NCBI GenBank assembly: GCA_964517365.1 | Contig: CAZFEP010000006.1 | Span: 1 to 38,390, forward strand | Source: an uncultured Thiotrichales bacterium | GTDB taxonomy: Bacteria; Pseudomonadota; Gammaproteobacteria; UBA4575 | DNA: 38,390 nucleotides | Direction of reading: 5' to 3' | Shown here: positions 1-11,988 of the stretch, piece by piece | Layout: every line of letters starts with the position of its first letter | Position numbering within the stretch: the first letter of the stretch is position 1 | Translations under genes and position numbers: made by a program | The notes under the pieces: model-generated | What the model saw: the letters and a program-made list of their open reading frames with translations, nothing else | Told to the model about the DNA's origin: nothing | Database searches by the model: none

Positions 1-169
1 CATCGTTATTGACGACCCATAATTCGGGCCAAACTTCAGTGGGTGGCAATTCACCTACACCACCTGAAAGGTGCTCATTTTTGATAATAGTAGCAATACC
101 CTTCTCTTCAAGAAGATCTTTGATTTGATATATAAAGATAGGATTGGGTTCGCTATGAATACGCTTCAT
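1..169 (-). CDS. DUF2007-like small protein (putative signal-transducing protein family), N-terminal part only; the gene runs off the left window edge
   Basis: Hand translation of the minus strand from the ATG at 169 gives MKRIHSEPNPIFIYQIKDLLEEKGIATIIKNEHLSGGVGELPPTEVWPELWVVNND with no stop before the window edge. The pattern LxxxGI...KNE.LSG..GELPP.E.WPELWV is what I recognise from DUF2007 proteins. Not in the ORF track because it is truncated. Confidence 0.5.
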   Translation of the reverse strand, partial: MKRIHSEPNPIFIYQIKDLLEEKGIATIIKNEHLSGGVGELPPTEVWPELWVVNND

Positions 170-245
170 GCAAGCAGTATAACAAAGACTGCATTAGTGA
201 CTAATTATCGTCTTCGATTATCGTCCTTATTTATCATGTTTGATT

Positions 246-602
246 TCAGTGCAATTTCAATACGTACTTTTGCTTGCTTTCACCCGTTTTGGAACAGACT
301 GCCACAATGGTGACTTCACTAAGTTCAGATGGAATACGTAAACCTAATAAAGTTCTCGTAAAAGGTTGTTCGTCTACATGCGGGTGATGAAGCACTCTTT
401 CCCCTATCAACTCACCCTCAGGTGAATATATTCGCCACGAATTCGCATAATGCTTCCACCCTTCATCATCATGCTCTAATGTAACTGAGATGTTAAATTT
501 TTGTGCGGGTGTTTTTTCTGCTTTAACCTTGAGTATTTTAGCATCACTCGCAAACGTTACACTCGAGAAGAACACCAAAAAACCTATAATCAAAAATCGC
601 AT
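246..602 (-). CDS. small secreted/periplasmic protein of unknown function (118 aa)
   Basis: ORF track. The N-terminus MRFLIIGFLVFFSSVTFA/SD looks like a Sec signal peptide with an AXA-type cleavage site. A GAGGA Shine-Dalgarno lies 6 nt upstream of the ATG (minus strand agaaGAGGAtaaattATG). The mature part has a His/acidic motif LEHDDEGWKHY...HHPHVDEQPF. No family recognised. Confidence 0.6.
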   Translation of the reverse strand: MRFLIIGFLVFFSSVTFASDAKILKVKAEKTPAQKFNISVTLEHDDEGWKHYANSWRIYSPEGELIGERVLHHPHVDEQPFTRTLLGLRIPSELSEVTIVAVCSKTGESKQKYVLKLH

Positions 603-627
603 AATTTATCCTCTTCTGTTGTTTCTT

Positions 628-692
628 GCCATTGTTCCTGGCCATTATCCCTGGCCATTATCCCTGGCCATTATCCCTGGCTATTATTTTAG
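628..692. repeat. 13-bp direct tandem repeat: three perfect copies of GCCATTATCCCTG (641-653, 654-666, 667-679) flanked by degenerate copies (628-640, 11/13; 680-692, 8/13)
   Basis: Read directly from the sequence. It lies in the 157-bp intergenic region between the stop of the VOC-family gene (760) and the start of the secreted-protein gene (602). Confidence 0.95.
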
Positions 693-759
693 CCAGTCAA
701 CCATAAAATTTTTAGACCAACCCTCTAAAGCTAAACTCTAGAGCTCTCTAGATGAGACA

Positions 760-1182
760 TTATTCTTTAACGAAAATTTGGCTCATATCTTTAAATGCTT
801 TAAATTCTAAATAATTATTGCTTGGATCTTGAATAAACATCGTAGCTTGTTCACCAACCTGCCCTTTAAAACGGATACATGGCTCGATATGGAACTTTAC
901 GCCTTCACGCTTTAGGCGCTCGGCTAAATGCTCCCATTCACCCCAATTTAGAATGACACCAAAGTGCCGTACCGGAACATCATGATCATCCACCGGGTTC
1001 GATGGGGTAAACATATCTTCATGATCATACAAATGAGCACTCAGTTGATGACCATGAAAATTAAAATCTATCCAACACTTATCCTCTCGCCCAACGCTAC
1101 AGCCGAGAAGGTCAACATAAAATATGCGAGTTTTTTCTATATCATGAACCGGAAATGCAAGATGAAAAACAGAAGTTGCCAT
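760..1182 (-). CDS. VOC (glyoxalase/bleomycin-resistance/extradiol dioxygenase) superfamily protein
   Basis: 140-aa ORF. The N-terminus MATSVFHLAFPVHDIEKTRIFYVDLLGC is typical of the first beta-alpha-beta-beta-beta module of VOC proteins. The ATG lies 2 nt after the tsaB stop, suggesting translational coupling. Confidence 0.65.
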   Translation of the reverse strand: MATSVFHLAFPVHDIEKTRIFYVDLLGCSVGREDKCWIDFNFHGHQLSAHLYDHEDMFTPSNPVDDHDVPVRHFGVILNWGEWEHLAERLKREGVKFHIEPCIRFKGQVGEQATMFIQDPSNNYLEFKAFKDMSQIFVKE

Positions 1183-1184
1183 AA

Positions 1185-1877
1185 TTAAAAAACCAATTTG
1201 TTTTTTGGCTTATCGGCCACATTATCACGAAGGTAAACCGGTAATGCTTCCACAGCAGAAACATACTTTCCTTGTTCAAAATACAGCTTGCCTAACTTTG
1301 CTACATACTCTGCCTGTGGAAAAACTTCTTCATTGAACAAAATATTTTTACCTAAAGCCTCATTCAATTCCTCTGCATATACTCCCCATCCAGAACCAAC
1401 CCCATAGCAATCATTAGAGACATTTATTTCTATTTGATCAGCAGGAATAACTTTTTCATTTCCGACCAGTTCCATCACTTCATTGGTATTAAGTGAATAT
1501 AATCCGTAGTAAATTTCTTGCATGCGAGCATCAATACATGACAATACCTGAGTTACAGATGCTGCTTCAGCCGCCGCTTGTGCAAGCGAGGCTAGCGACG
1601 ATACAGGCACAACAGGCAAGTCCTGGCCCAAAGCGATACCCTGGGTTACGCTTGCTGCTAGTCTGACACCTGTGAAAGCTCCAGGACCTCTACCAAAAGC
1701 CATTACATCAAGTTGCGACAAACTGGTTTCACCTTGTGCCAGAACTTGCTCACACATTGATAATATAATTTCATTATGCTTTCTAGGTGCTATTTCGTTC
1801 AGGCAAATAACCTCATCATCGACCAATAAAGCTGCCGAACATGACTCTGTAGCTGTTTCAATGGCTAACAGCTTCAT
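1185..1877 (-). CDS. tsaB: tRNA N6-threonylcarbamoyladenosine modification protein TsaB (YeaZ)
   Basis: 230 aa. MKLLAIETATESCSAALL...GRGPGAFTGVRL... is the TsaB/YeaZ ASKHA-fold signature. It overlaps the upstream helicase gene by 20 nt. Confidence 0.85.
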   Translation of the reverse strand: MKLLAIETATESCSAALLVDDEVICLNEIAPRKHNEIILSMCEQVLAQGETSLSQLDVMAFGRGPGAFTGVRLAASVTQGIALGQDLPVVPVSSLASLAQAAAEAASVTQVLSCIDARMQEIYYGLYSLNTNEVMELVGNEKVIPADQIEINVSNDCYGVGSGWGVYAEELNEALGKNILFNEEVFPQAEYVAKLGKLYFEQGKYVSAVEALPVYLRDNVADKPKNKLVF

Positions 1878-3870
1878 ACTCTGACTCTCTTAGCTCTAAA
1901 AAGTTTATTGCATCATCCAAGGTAGAGGTGCGCATCATGTTGGGCAAACTATTAATGAACGTTTTGCCATATGGCTTAGTAGTCACTCTTGGGTCACAAA
2001 TGACGACTACACCATAATCTTCTTCATCTCGTATCAACCGACCCACACCTTGCTTAAGCGATATAACTGCTTGAGGTAATTGGTACTTCATAAATGGGTT
2101 TTCACCTGCTTGGCGTAGCGCTTGTAAACGCCCACTTAACACCGGATCATCTGGTGCTGCAAACGGTAGCTTATCTATCACAACAATACTCAAAGCTTCT
2201 CCACGAATATCCACACCCTCCCAGAAACTACTCGTCCCCAACAACACTGCATGGTCTGATTTGGAAAAAATTGACAATAATTCTCTACGCGGTGAGTCAC
2301 CCTGAACTAACAATGTAAAATCATCATGATCTGCTAAATAGTTCGCTGCGATGCGTAATGCACGATGACTGGTGAATAATAAAAATGCTCGTCCTTGATT
2401 AGCCTCTAGAAGCGGCAACACTGCATCGACCACTTTATGTGTATAGTTTCTATCATTTGGTTCTACACCTAATACGGGCAAGTATAAGCGTGTATTCTTT
2501 TGATAGTCGTAAGGACTATCTAACATTAACGTTTCTGCATCCACTAACCCTAACTGTTGCTGAAAATGATCAAATTTGGCATTCACCGTTAAAGTTGCTG
2601 AGGTAAATATCCAGCTACACTTATACTGGCGCATAAACTCTTGAAAAGAATCTGCCACCACTAATGGCGTGCTATGCAACTTGAAACCTCTATCAAAACA
2701 CTCAAGCCAGTTTATTCTTTCTTTATTAATATCCGCATCACCATCTGAACTAAAGTCTGCGTGCGTTACTGATACTAAATGCAAACCTTGTTCGATCCGT
2801 GCACATCGCTCAACACACTTGGCCATCAGTTTCCCTTGGTCCTCTAATGGCGTGATCACCTCACTTAATTCATAAATGGCTTTACATAAGGCGTTAAACT
2901 GATCCTCAATTTTTGCAATAGAAACAATTTCAAACCATGGAAACCGACCATTTTTTCCTGACAATGCTAGCTGGAAATCAGCAACCGTTTTTCTTAAAGC
3001 ATCCACCAAAGGTTGTACATTCTTGGCTTCCGGCGCTTCTTCAATTTGTGCAGCACTAACATCATTCGACAGGTCATTTATTTGTCGACTAGTGGTTGAT
3101 GTGGCGAGGAAGGTGCTTGCTAACTCTGGCAACTGATGAGCTTCATCAAAAATAACAGCGTTCGCACTGGGCAAAAGCTCGCCAAAACCCTCCATTTTTA
3201 AAGCTAAATCCGCAAAAAATAAATGATGATTAATAATAACAACATCTGCTTGTTGAGCTTTTTGTCTAGCTTTAACCACATGACATTTATCATAACTTGG
3301 ACACTCAGCACCCAAACAATTATCAACCGTTGAAGTAACATTTGGCCAAACTGAGTCATTCTCAAAAATTGCAGTTACCTCTGCGACTTCTCCTGTTTTA
3401 GTAAATTGAGACCACTCTTTGATGATATTAACTTTTTTGTTTAACTGACGATTATGCATCTGCACACTTGGAGCATGATGCTCTAACCTATACAAACATA
3501 GATAGTTTGCACGCCCTTTTAACAAAGCTGTTTTAACAGGCAGTTTTAGAATGTTAAGAATAGCCGGTAGATCTTTAAAATATAATTGATCTTGTAAATG
3601 TTTAGTACCAGTAGAAATAACCACTTTTTGATTAGAGCGCAGCGCTGGTATCAAATAAGCAAATGTCTTACCCACTCCTGTGCCGGCTTCCACTATTAAC
3701 TGACTGTAGTTTTTTAATGCAGTATTGACCGCATTACTCATATCTTGCTGCTGAGGACGATGACGAAAGTTATCTAAACTCTCTGACAATAAACCTTTTT
3801 CACTGAATATTGTTTCACTTACATCCACAACAAGGTCATTACCTACTTCTAATTCTTCATCTTCTAACAT
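1858..3870 (-). CDS. yoaA: ATP-dependent DNA helicase, DinG/YoaA family (Fe-S XPD-like)
   Basis: 670 aa. Walker A EAGTGVGKTFAYLIPAL and DEAH box VIFDEAHQLPE are present, as are Cys residues in LCLYRLE...CLGAECPSYDKCHVVKAR. The C-terminal SSFWEGVDIRGEALSIVVIDKLPFAAPDDP...LKQGVGRLIRD closely parallels E. coli YoaA as I recall it. Confidence 0.8.
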   Translation of the reverse strand: MLEDEELEVGNDLVVDVSETIFSEKGLLSESLDNFRHRPQQQDMSNAVNTALKNYSQLIVEAGTGVGKTFAYLIPALRSNQKVVISTGTKHLQDQLYFKDLPAILNILKLPVKTALLKGRANYLCLYRLEHHAPSVQMHNRQLNKKVNIIKEWSQFTKTGEVAEVTAIFENDSVWPNVTSTVDNCLGAECPSYDKCHVVKARQKAQQADVVIINHHLFFADLALKMEGFGELLPSANAVIFDEAHQLPELASTFLATSTTSRQINDLSNDVSAAQIEEAPEAKNVQPLVDALRKTVADFQLALSGKNGRFPWFEIVSIAKIEDQFNALCKAIYELSEVITPLEDQGKLMAKCVERCARIEQGLHLVSVTHADFSSDGDADINKERINWLECFDRGFKLHSTPLVVADSFQEFMRQYKCSWIFTSATLTVNAKFDHFQQQLGLVDAETLMLDSPYDYQKNTRLYLPVLGVEPNDRNYTHKVVDAVLPLLEANQGRAFLLFTSHRALRIAANYLADHDDFTLLVQGDSPRRELLSIFSKSDHAVLLGTSSFWEGVDIRGEALSIVVIDKLPFAAPDDPVLSGRLQALRQAGENPFMKYQLPQAVISLKQGVGRLIRDEEDYGVVVICDPRVTTKPYGKTFINSLPNMMRTSTLDDAINFLELRESEYEAVSH

Positions 3871-3884
3871 AGAACGATATGTTT

Positions 3885-4367
3885 TTAACTTTCTCGCATT
3901 AGAATTGCCGTTACATAAGCCGCAATACCTTCACCCCGTCCTATAAAACCCATACCTTCATTAGTAGTAGCTTTAACGTTTACATCTTCTAGCGGGATCT
4001 TAAGTAGCGAACTTAGATTTTTTTGCATGGCTGGTATATGAGCAGCCAGTTTTGGCTTCTCTAGAATAATAGTGCTGTCAATATTACCCACAACATATCG
4101 TTTCTTTTTTAATTCAATAACAACATTTTTGACCAGTTCACTACTATCAATATCTTTGTATTTAGGATCATTATCCGGGAAGTGTTTGCCGATATCACCC
4201 ATTGCCGCTGCACCTAGCAATGCATCACATAGTGCATGCAACAGCACATCACCATCAGAATGCGCATCCAGCCCTTTTAAAAAACTTATTCTTTCACCAC
4301 CCACAACAATATAATCACCTTGCTTGAAACGGTGTGAATCATAACCAAAGCCTACTCTTACTGACAT
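3885..4367 (-). CDS. ispF: 2-C-methyl-D-erythritol 2,4-cyclodiphosphate synthase
   Basis: 160 aa with motifs GFGYDSHRF and HSDGDVLLHALCDALLGA. Sits next to ispD. Confidence 0.92.
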   Translation of the reverse strand: MSVRVGFGYDSHRFKQGDYIVVGGERISFLKGLDAHSDGDVLLHALCDALLGAAAMGDIGKHFPDNDPKYKDIDSSELVKNVVIELKKKRYVVGNIDSTIILEKPKLAAHIPAMQKNLSSLLKIPLEDVNVKATTNEGMGFIGRGEGIAAYVTAILMRES

Positions 4368-4376
4368 AACATTTTC

Positions 4377-5183
4377 TTATCGTTTTATTTTCTTGAGAAT
4401 ACCCGCAGCAAGTTCTAAATCCACCGCATGCGTGATTTTTATATTGTCACTTTGACCTTTCACCAACCTAACCTGCAATCCTAATTGCTCAACAGCCGAG
4501 GCCTCATCCGTCACATCTACACCTAATTTTGAGCAGTGCCTTAATGCCTGAGTTAACACGGCTAAGCGAAACATTTGTGGAGTAAAAGCTCTCCAAATAC
4601 GGTCTCGATCAAGTGTTTTAACCACTGTATTAACTGACATGCGTTGATCTGAACCCGCCTGACCTGATCCTGGCAGATCTGACTCTGGCTTACCTAACCC
4701 AGTCTTACTTGACGGGTTCTTTTCAGAACTAATTTTCTTATCTACCATTTTCAATGTGTCAGTTACTGGCGCAGCAAGTAATCCACCTACATCATCATCT
4801 TCAAGTTGCTGTATTAATAAATTTAAATCTGTGTTGCGCAAACAAGGCCTTGCTGCATCATGCACTAACACAAAGTCTTGATCATTTGCTGATGTGGTAT
4901 TGAGGTATGATATTGCATGCAAGACAGACTCTGTTCGCGATGCTCCTCCAATAACAGTTTGAATTTTATTATTATGTAGAGCTAAGTTTTCCCAGTGCTT
5001 ATCCTCTTGATGCAGTGCAACCACTACTCCAGAAATCTTAGGATGCTTCAAGAAATTACTTAAGGAATGCTCGATTACAGTCAAATCCGCTAACGGCAAA
5101 TATTGTTTCGGAATAGATGCGCCCATTCTCTGACTTGTTCCTGCTGCCGGAATAACCACCCAATATTGCAACGCTTCCCCCAT
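4377..5183 (-). CDS. ispD: 2-C-methyl-D-erythritol 4-phosphate cytidylyltransferase, with an internal ~33-aa low-complexity insertion
   Basis: Motifs VVIPAAGTSQRMG, KQYL, VLVHDAARPC and FTPQMF. The track ORF extends to 5249, but its first 22 codons overlap the ftsB 3' end. The ATG at 5183 (MGEALQYWVVIPAAG) matches the usual IspD N-terminus. Confidence 0.85.
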   Translation of the reverse strand: MGEALQYWVVIPAAGTSQRMGASIPKQYLPLADLTVIEHSLSNFLKHPKISGVVVALHQEDKHWENLALHNNKIQTVIGGASRTESVLHAISYLNTTSANDQDFVLVHDAARPCLRNTDLNLLIQQLEDDDVGGLLAAPVTDTLKMVDKKISSEKNPSSKTGLGKPESDLPGSGQAGSDQRMSVNTVVKTLDRDRIWRAFTPQMFRLAVLTQALRHCSKLGVDVTDEASAVEQLGLQVRLVKGQSDNIKITHAVDLELAAGILKKIKR

Positions 5184-5193
5184 CACATTGCCA

Positions 5194-5490
5194 CTATTGG
5201 CTGATGGTCTCTTCAGATTTACCTTCCACAATATGAATAAAGGTTTCATCCTCCTTGATCATGCCCAACTCACTTCTTGCACGCTCCTCAATGGCTTCAA
5301 GGCCCGTTTTTAAATCCTCCACTTCTGCAGCCAATACGGAGTTTCGTTGTCTGACTTGATCATTTCTGGCTTGTTGTTCCGTAACCGTCTGTTTTAGATT
5401 TAAAACATCACGAACACTTGCATCACCAAACCATAGCTTAGATTGCAATAGCAGCAACATTACACTCAGTATGATGATGATTACTTTCAC
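5194..5490 (-). CDS. ftsB: cell division protein FtsB
   Basis: 98 aa. N-terminal membrane anchor, then a coiled coil (LNLKQTVTEQQARNDQVRQRNSVLAAEVEDLK) and the ERARSELGMIK motif. Conserved eno-ftsB-ispD position. Confidence 0.85.
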   Translation of the reverse strand: MKVIIIILSVMLLLLQSKLWFGDASVRDVLNLKQTVTEQQARNDQVRQRNSVLAAEVEDLKTGLEAIEERARSELGMIKEDETFIHIVEGKSEETISQ

Positions 5491-5505
5491 AATCGTTATA
5501 TATAC

Positions 5506-6792
<1,287 letters not shown>

Positions 6793-6892
6793 CTAATTAC
6801 CTATTAAATTTTACTTCCTGACTAAACTAGCTAACAAACTATCTAAATAACTTTCCAGCTACTGAACTAACATCTTCACCCAAAAACCACGC

Positions 6893-7729
6893 CTAATTTA
6901 TTTCTTGTTCAATCAAACCTGTCTTTTTAACTACCTGATCGATCTCTTTTAATTGCTCTAATAGTACTTTCATTTTGTTAAGTGGCCATGAATTGGGCCC
7001 GTCACTTTTAGCCACTTCAGGATTAGGGTGAGTTTCTACAAACAACCCTGATACGCCACTGGCTATTGCAGCTCTCGCTAACACCGGCACAAATTCACGT
7101 TGCCCGCCCGAGCTACCATCATTGCCGCCGGGCAACTGCACTGAATGCGTTGCATCGAATACTACGGGACAGCCTGTTTCTCTCATGATCGCCAATGAAC
7201 GCATATCCGATACTAAATTGTTATAACCAAATGATGCGCCACGCTCGCATACCATAATATTTTCATTACCCTGCGCTTTAGCCTTAGCTACAACATGCTT
7301 CATCTCACCAGGTGACAAAAACTGCCCTTTTTTAATATTTACCGGTACATTGCATGCTGCAACACGCTGTATAAAATTAGTTTGACGACATAGAAATGCC
7401 GGTGTTTGAAATACATCAACCACATCAGCCACTTCTTGCATCGGTGTATCTTCATGAACATCAGTAAGCACAGGAAGATTAAACTCTTTTTTTACTTGCG
7501 ACAGTATCTGTAAGCCCTTATCAATACCTAAGCCTCTATAACTTTCAATTGAAGAGCGATTTGCCTTGTCAAAAGAGGATTTATAAATGAACGGGATTTG
7601 TAATTGCTGTGTAATTTCTTGCAACACACCGGCGGTCTCGCGCGCCAACTCGAGACTCTCAATTGCACATGGCCCTGCAATAAGGAAAAAAGGCTGGTGA
7701 AGCCCTACTTCAAATTCACAAAGTTGCAT
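6893..7729 (-). CDS. kdsA: 3-deoxy-8-phosphooctulonate (KDO-8-P) synthase
   Basis: Motifs [28 protein letters not shown] and [12 protein letters not shown]. The track ORF starts at 7786 inside the pyrG tail. The ATG at 7729 ([21 protein letters not shown]), 4 nt after the pyrG stop, fits KdsA alignments. Confidence 0.9.
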   Translation of the reverse strand: MQLCEFEVGLHQPFFLIAGPCAIESLELARETAGVLQEITQQLQIPFIYKSSFDKANRSSIESYRGLGIDKGLQILSQVKKEFNLPVLTDVHEDTPMQEVADVVDVFQTPAFLCRQTNFIQRVAACNVPVNIKKGQFLSPGEMKHVVAKAKAQGNENIMVCERGASFGYNNLVSDMRSLAIMRETGCPVVFDATHSVQLPGGNDGSSGGQREFVPVLARAAIASGVSGLFVETHPNPEVAKSDGPNSWPLNKMKVLLEQLKEIDQVVKKTGLIEQEIN

Positions 7730-7733
7730 AAGG

Positions 7734-9443
<1,710 letters not shown>

Positions 9444-9625
9444 CTATACCTCGCGTGCACTATCGTTTTCAGGCTTAATTACGCTAACGTTTAGTGCTGT
9501 ATGTTGTGGTGAGAATGTATTCAAGACGGGAGAAAAGCGTAACAAATGAAGCGCTTAACCACAATCTATAGATTAGGGAATAAAGGTTTCACGGCGAGAA
9601 AATAGCGTCGTATTAATACGTTATT

Positions 9626-10876
9626 TCAGCAACCCATTACCGATATTAGTTGATCTCCATGGTACAGCAAAGGAATGCGAGACCTTTCCCAAGGCGGAAT
9701 ATCCGCTTCTTGGAGAAGGTTTTTCAATGACCTATGTTGCTTACTTCCAAATGGCTTTAGGCGCTCACCTCCGCCACGAAACCTCACGGTCAACTCACAC
9801 ACCCCATCTGGAATTGAGACATTTGCGTTTTTTAGCTCTTCGGGAAGCAATGTTCTATCTAAAGATTCTATATATAACGGCTGATCAATTTTCCAACGTA
9901 TTATCTGATCCACATCGTGTGTACGCATCGGACTCAACAGATACAGATCATTACGAAAGCGACGGATTTCTCCCTCTTTCCAGGACTGAACAGGGGAATT
10001 ACCAACCTCTTTTTTCAATACAATATCGGTGACAATTTGTTTTAATATTTTCTTACTCGGAACACGCATATGATTCGATACAATCCAAAAACGCAACACG
10101 TTATTTAGCCGCTCACGACTCAGCGTTTGTAACACAGCTGCGTTCAACTTATGTGAATCATCTGTTGAAGCTGCTTGTATATCCAGTTCTGCTAGTTCTT
10201 GCAAACAACTTAATGCGTCGGCTTGCAACGCAGCTGATCTAGATAATGTTTGATGTGCAGATGGCCAACGGCTTCGCAACAAAGGCATCACCTCATTACG
10301 CAGGTAATTACGGTCAAAATCATTACATTGGTTTGATGGATCTTCCACCCACTGTACATTATGGTTAGTTGCATACTCCTGCAATTCACTATGCGAATTC
10401 ACCAACAGGGGTCTAAGATGAATCCCTGGAGATAATGCTTTACATTCCGGCATGGCTGCAAGGCCAGCAGGACCGGCGCCACGTAATAATTGCAATAAAA
10501 CAGTTTCTGCCAAATCATTTTGATGGTGAGCAGTTACGATTGCAGATTTTGCATCCAGCATTTCTTGTAATAGAACATATCTTGCATGTCTAGCGAGCTC
10601 TTCAAGACTTTTTTGTGTTTGTTTGGTTATCCGGGCATGCTTAACTTTTATGGGGATTGCTAACTGATTACAAAATTTTTCACATTGTTGCTGCCAATGA
10701 TCACACTCTTTTTGCAAATGATGATTTACATGTATCGCGTGAACAGGCAGTTCTAGAGAATGCATTACATGCAGTAAAACCGTTGAATCTAAACCACCAC
10801 TGTAAGCAATATAAAATGTTTCAATATCTTTATAGTTTTTGAAAAACGATTGCAGCTGTGAAGTGGAAATAGACAT
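9626..10876 (-). CDS. tilS: tRNA(Ile)-lysidine synthase
   Basis: 416 aa. PP-loop YSGGLDSTVLLH. Conserved position next to accA. Confidence 0.9.
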   Translation of the reverse strand: MSISTSQLQSFFKNYKDIETFYIAYSGGLDSTVLLHVMHSLELPVHAIHVNHHLQKECDHWQQQCEKFCNQLAIPIKVKHARITKQTQKSLEELARHARYVLLQEMLDAKSAIVTAHHQNDLAETVLLQLLRGAGPAGLAAMPECKALSPGIHLRPLLVNSHSELQEYATNHNVQWVEDPSNQCNDFDRNYLRNEVMPLLRSRWPSAHQTLSRSAALQADALSCLQELAELDIQAASTDDSHKLNAAVLQTLSRERLNNVLRFWIVSNHMRVPSKKILKQIVTDIVLKKEVGNSPVQSWKEGEIRRFRNDLYLLSPMRTHDVDQIIRWKIDQPLYIESLDRTLLPEELKNANVSIPDGVCELTVRFRGGGERLKPFGSKQHRSLKNLLQEADIPPWERSRIPLLYHGDQLISVMGC

Positions 10877-10931
10877 TCGAATCCTTGCTCTATTGTTTCG
10901 TTAATTAATTTCAGCAAGACACCCTAACAAG

Positions 10932-10959
10932 ATAGGCTAATATTAATTTTCTAGCCTAT
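10932..10959 (-). terminator. candidate weak intrinsic terminator / hairpin downstream of accA
   Basis: Inverted repeat ATAGGCTA (10932-10939) / TAGCCTAT (10952-10959) with a 12-nt loop, 25 nt after the accA stop. Only a short, interrupted T tract follows on the minus strand, so terminator function is uncertain. Confidence 0.3.
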
Positions 10960-10983
10960 TTCACTAACACCAGCTAGTGCACA

Positions 10984-11958
10984 CTAGTTAGATTCTTTAT
11001 ATTCTCCGTATTGTGTGAGCCTATTAAATCTATTTTCTAATAACTGCTCTATCGTAAGTGACTTCAATCGATTTAAAGTAGCGGCCAAAGAGACCTTTAC
11101 ATTCTCACAAGTGCTATCTACATCTCGATGCGAACCGCCTAATGGTTCTTCAATGATTTCGTCAATCAAACCCAGCTCTAACAACCGTGGTGCAGTTATT
11201 CCCAACGCAATGGCGGCATCTTCAGCCCTAGCTGCATCCTTCCATAGAATAGATGCACAACCCTCAGGAGAAATAACAGAGTACGTGCTGTAACTAAGCA
11301 TCGCCAAATAATCACCCACTCCAATTGCAAGCGCCCCACCAGAGCCGCCTTCACCAATAACTGTGCATATAATGGGTACACGTAATGAAGACATCCTTTG
11401 CAAGTTCAATGCAATTGCCTGACTTTGGCCTCTCTCCTCTGCGCCAATACCCGGATATGCTCCAGGCGTATCAATAAATGTAAACACAGGCATCTTGAAA
11501 CGCTCTGCCATCTCCATGATTCGCAGCGCTTTTCGGTAACCCTCGGGACGTGGCATACCAAAATTACGTTTTATATTCTCATTGGTATTGCGACCTTTTT
11601 GATGACCAATGATTGCCACAGACTGCCCATCAAATTTTGCTATACCAGATACAATTGCCGCATCATCCGCATACATTCTATCGCCATGTAACTCAGAAAA
11701 ATCAGTAAACAACCTCTCTATATAATCTAGAGTATACGGCCGCTTTGAATGCCGTGCTATTTGTGCGACTTGCCAAGGTGTTAAATTGGAAAAAATAGAT
11801 TCGATCAAGCCTTTAGACTTAGCTTGCAACTTGGTGATTTCTTCATCAAGGTTAAATTCGTTATCACTTTCAACCAATCGTAGTTCCTCGATTTTAGCCT
11901 CAAGTTCAACAATGGGTTGTTCAAATTCAAGATAGTCAGGGTTCATTCTAGCCTTCAA
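10984..11958 (-). CDS. accA: acetyl-CoA carboxylase carboxyltransferase subunit alpha
   Basis: 324 aa with [18 protein letters not shown] and [10 protein letters not shown]. Confidence 0.96.
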   Translation of the reverse strand: MKARMNPDYLEFEQPIVELEAKIEELRLVESDNEFNLDEEITKLQAKSKGLIESIFSNLTPWQVAQIARHSKRPYTLDYIERLFTDFSELHGDRMYADDAAIVSGIAKFDGQSVAIIGHQKGRNTNENIKRNFGMPRPEGYRKALRIMEMAERFKMPVFTFIDTPGAYPGIGAEERGQSQAIALNLQRMSSLRVPIICTVIGEGGSGGALAIGVGDYLAMLSYSTYSVISPEGCASILWKDAARAEDAAIALGITAPRLLELGLIDEIIEEPLGGSHRDVDSTCENVKVSLAATLNRLKSLTIEQLLENRFNRLTQYGEYKESN

Positions 11959-11988
11959 TAATCTAAGTAATAATTAATATATTTGTAA

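Noticed and set aside
490-741. Plus-strand ORFs (490-741 and 501-692) reading through the 13-bp repeat and giving PGHYPWPLSLAIIPG-type peptides
   Set aside because: They overlap the well-supported minus-strand secreted-protein gene and the intergenic repeat. A 13-bp unit shifts the reading frame with every copy. No Shine-Dalgarno and no recognisable fold.
5184-5249. N-terminal extensions of track ORFs that overlap the preceding gene: ispD to 5249, kdsA to 7786, lpxA to 20335, map TTG at 31681
   Set aside because: In each case an internal ATG just after the upstream gene's stop reproduces the canonical N-terminus of the family (MGEALQYWVVIPAAG, MQLCEF..., M...IHPTAIV, MSVTIKTAEEIEKMR). The extensions have no homology-like features.
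9563-9574. Perfect 12-bp palindrome AATCTATAGATT in the tilS-pyrG spacer as a possible operator. Other short AT-rich palindromes were noted too, such as TCTAGA-GCTC-TCTAGA at 737-752 and CTTTTGA-G-TCAAAAG at 32498-32512.
   Set aside because: A perfect 12-bp palindrome is expected by chance several times in 38 kb (about 1 per 4096 positions, more in AT-rich DNA). There is no second copy or flanking promoter logic. The hairpins have weak AT-rich stems and lack proper T tracts.
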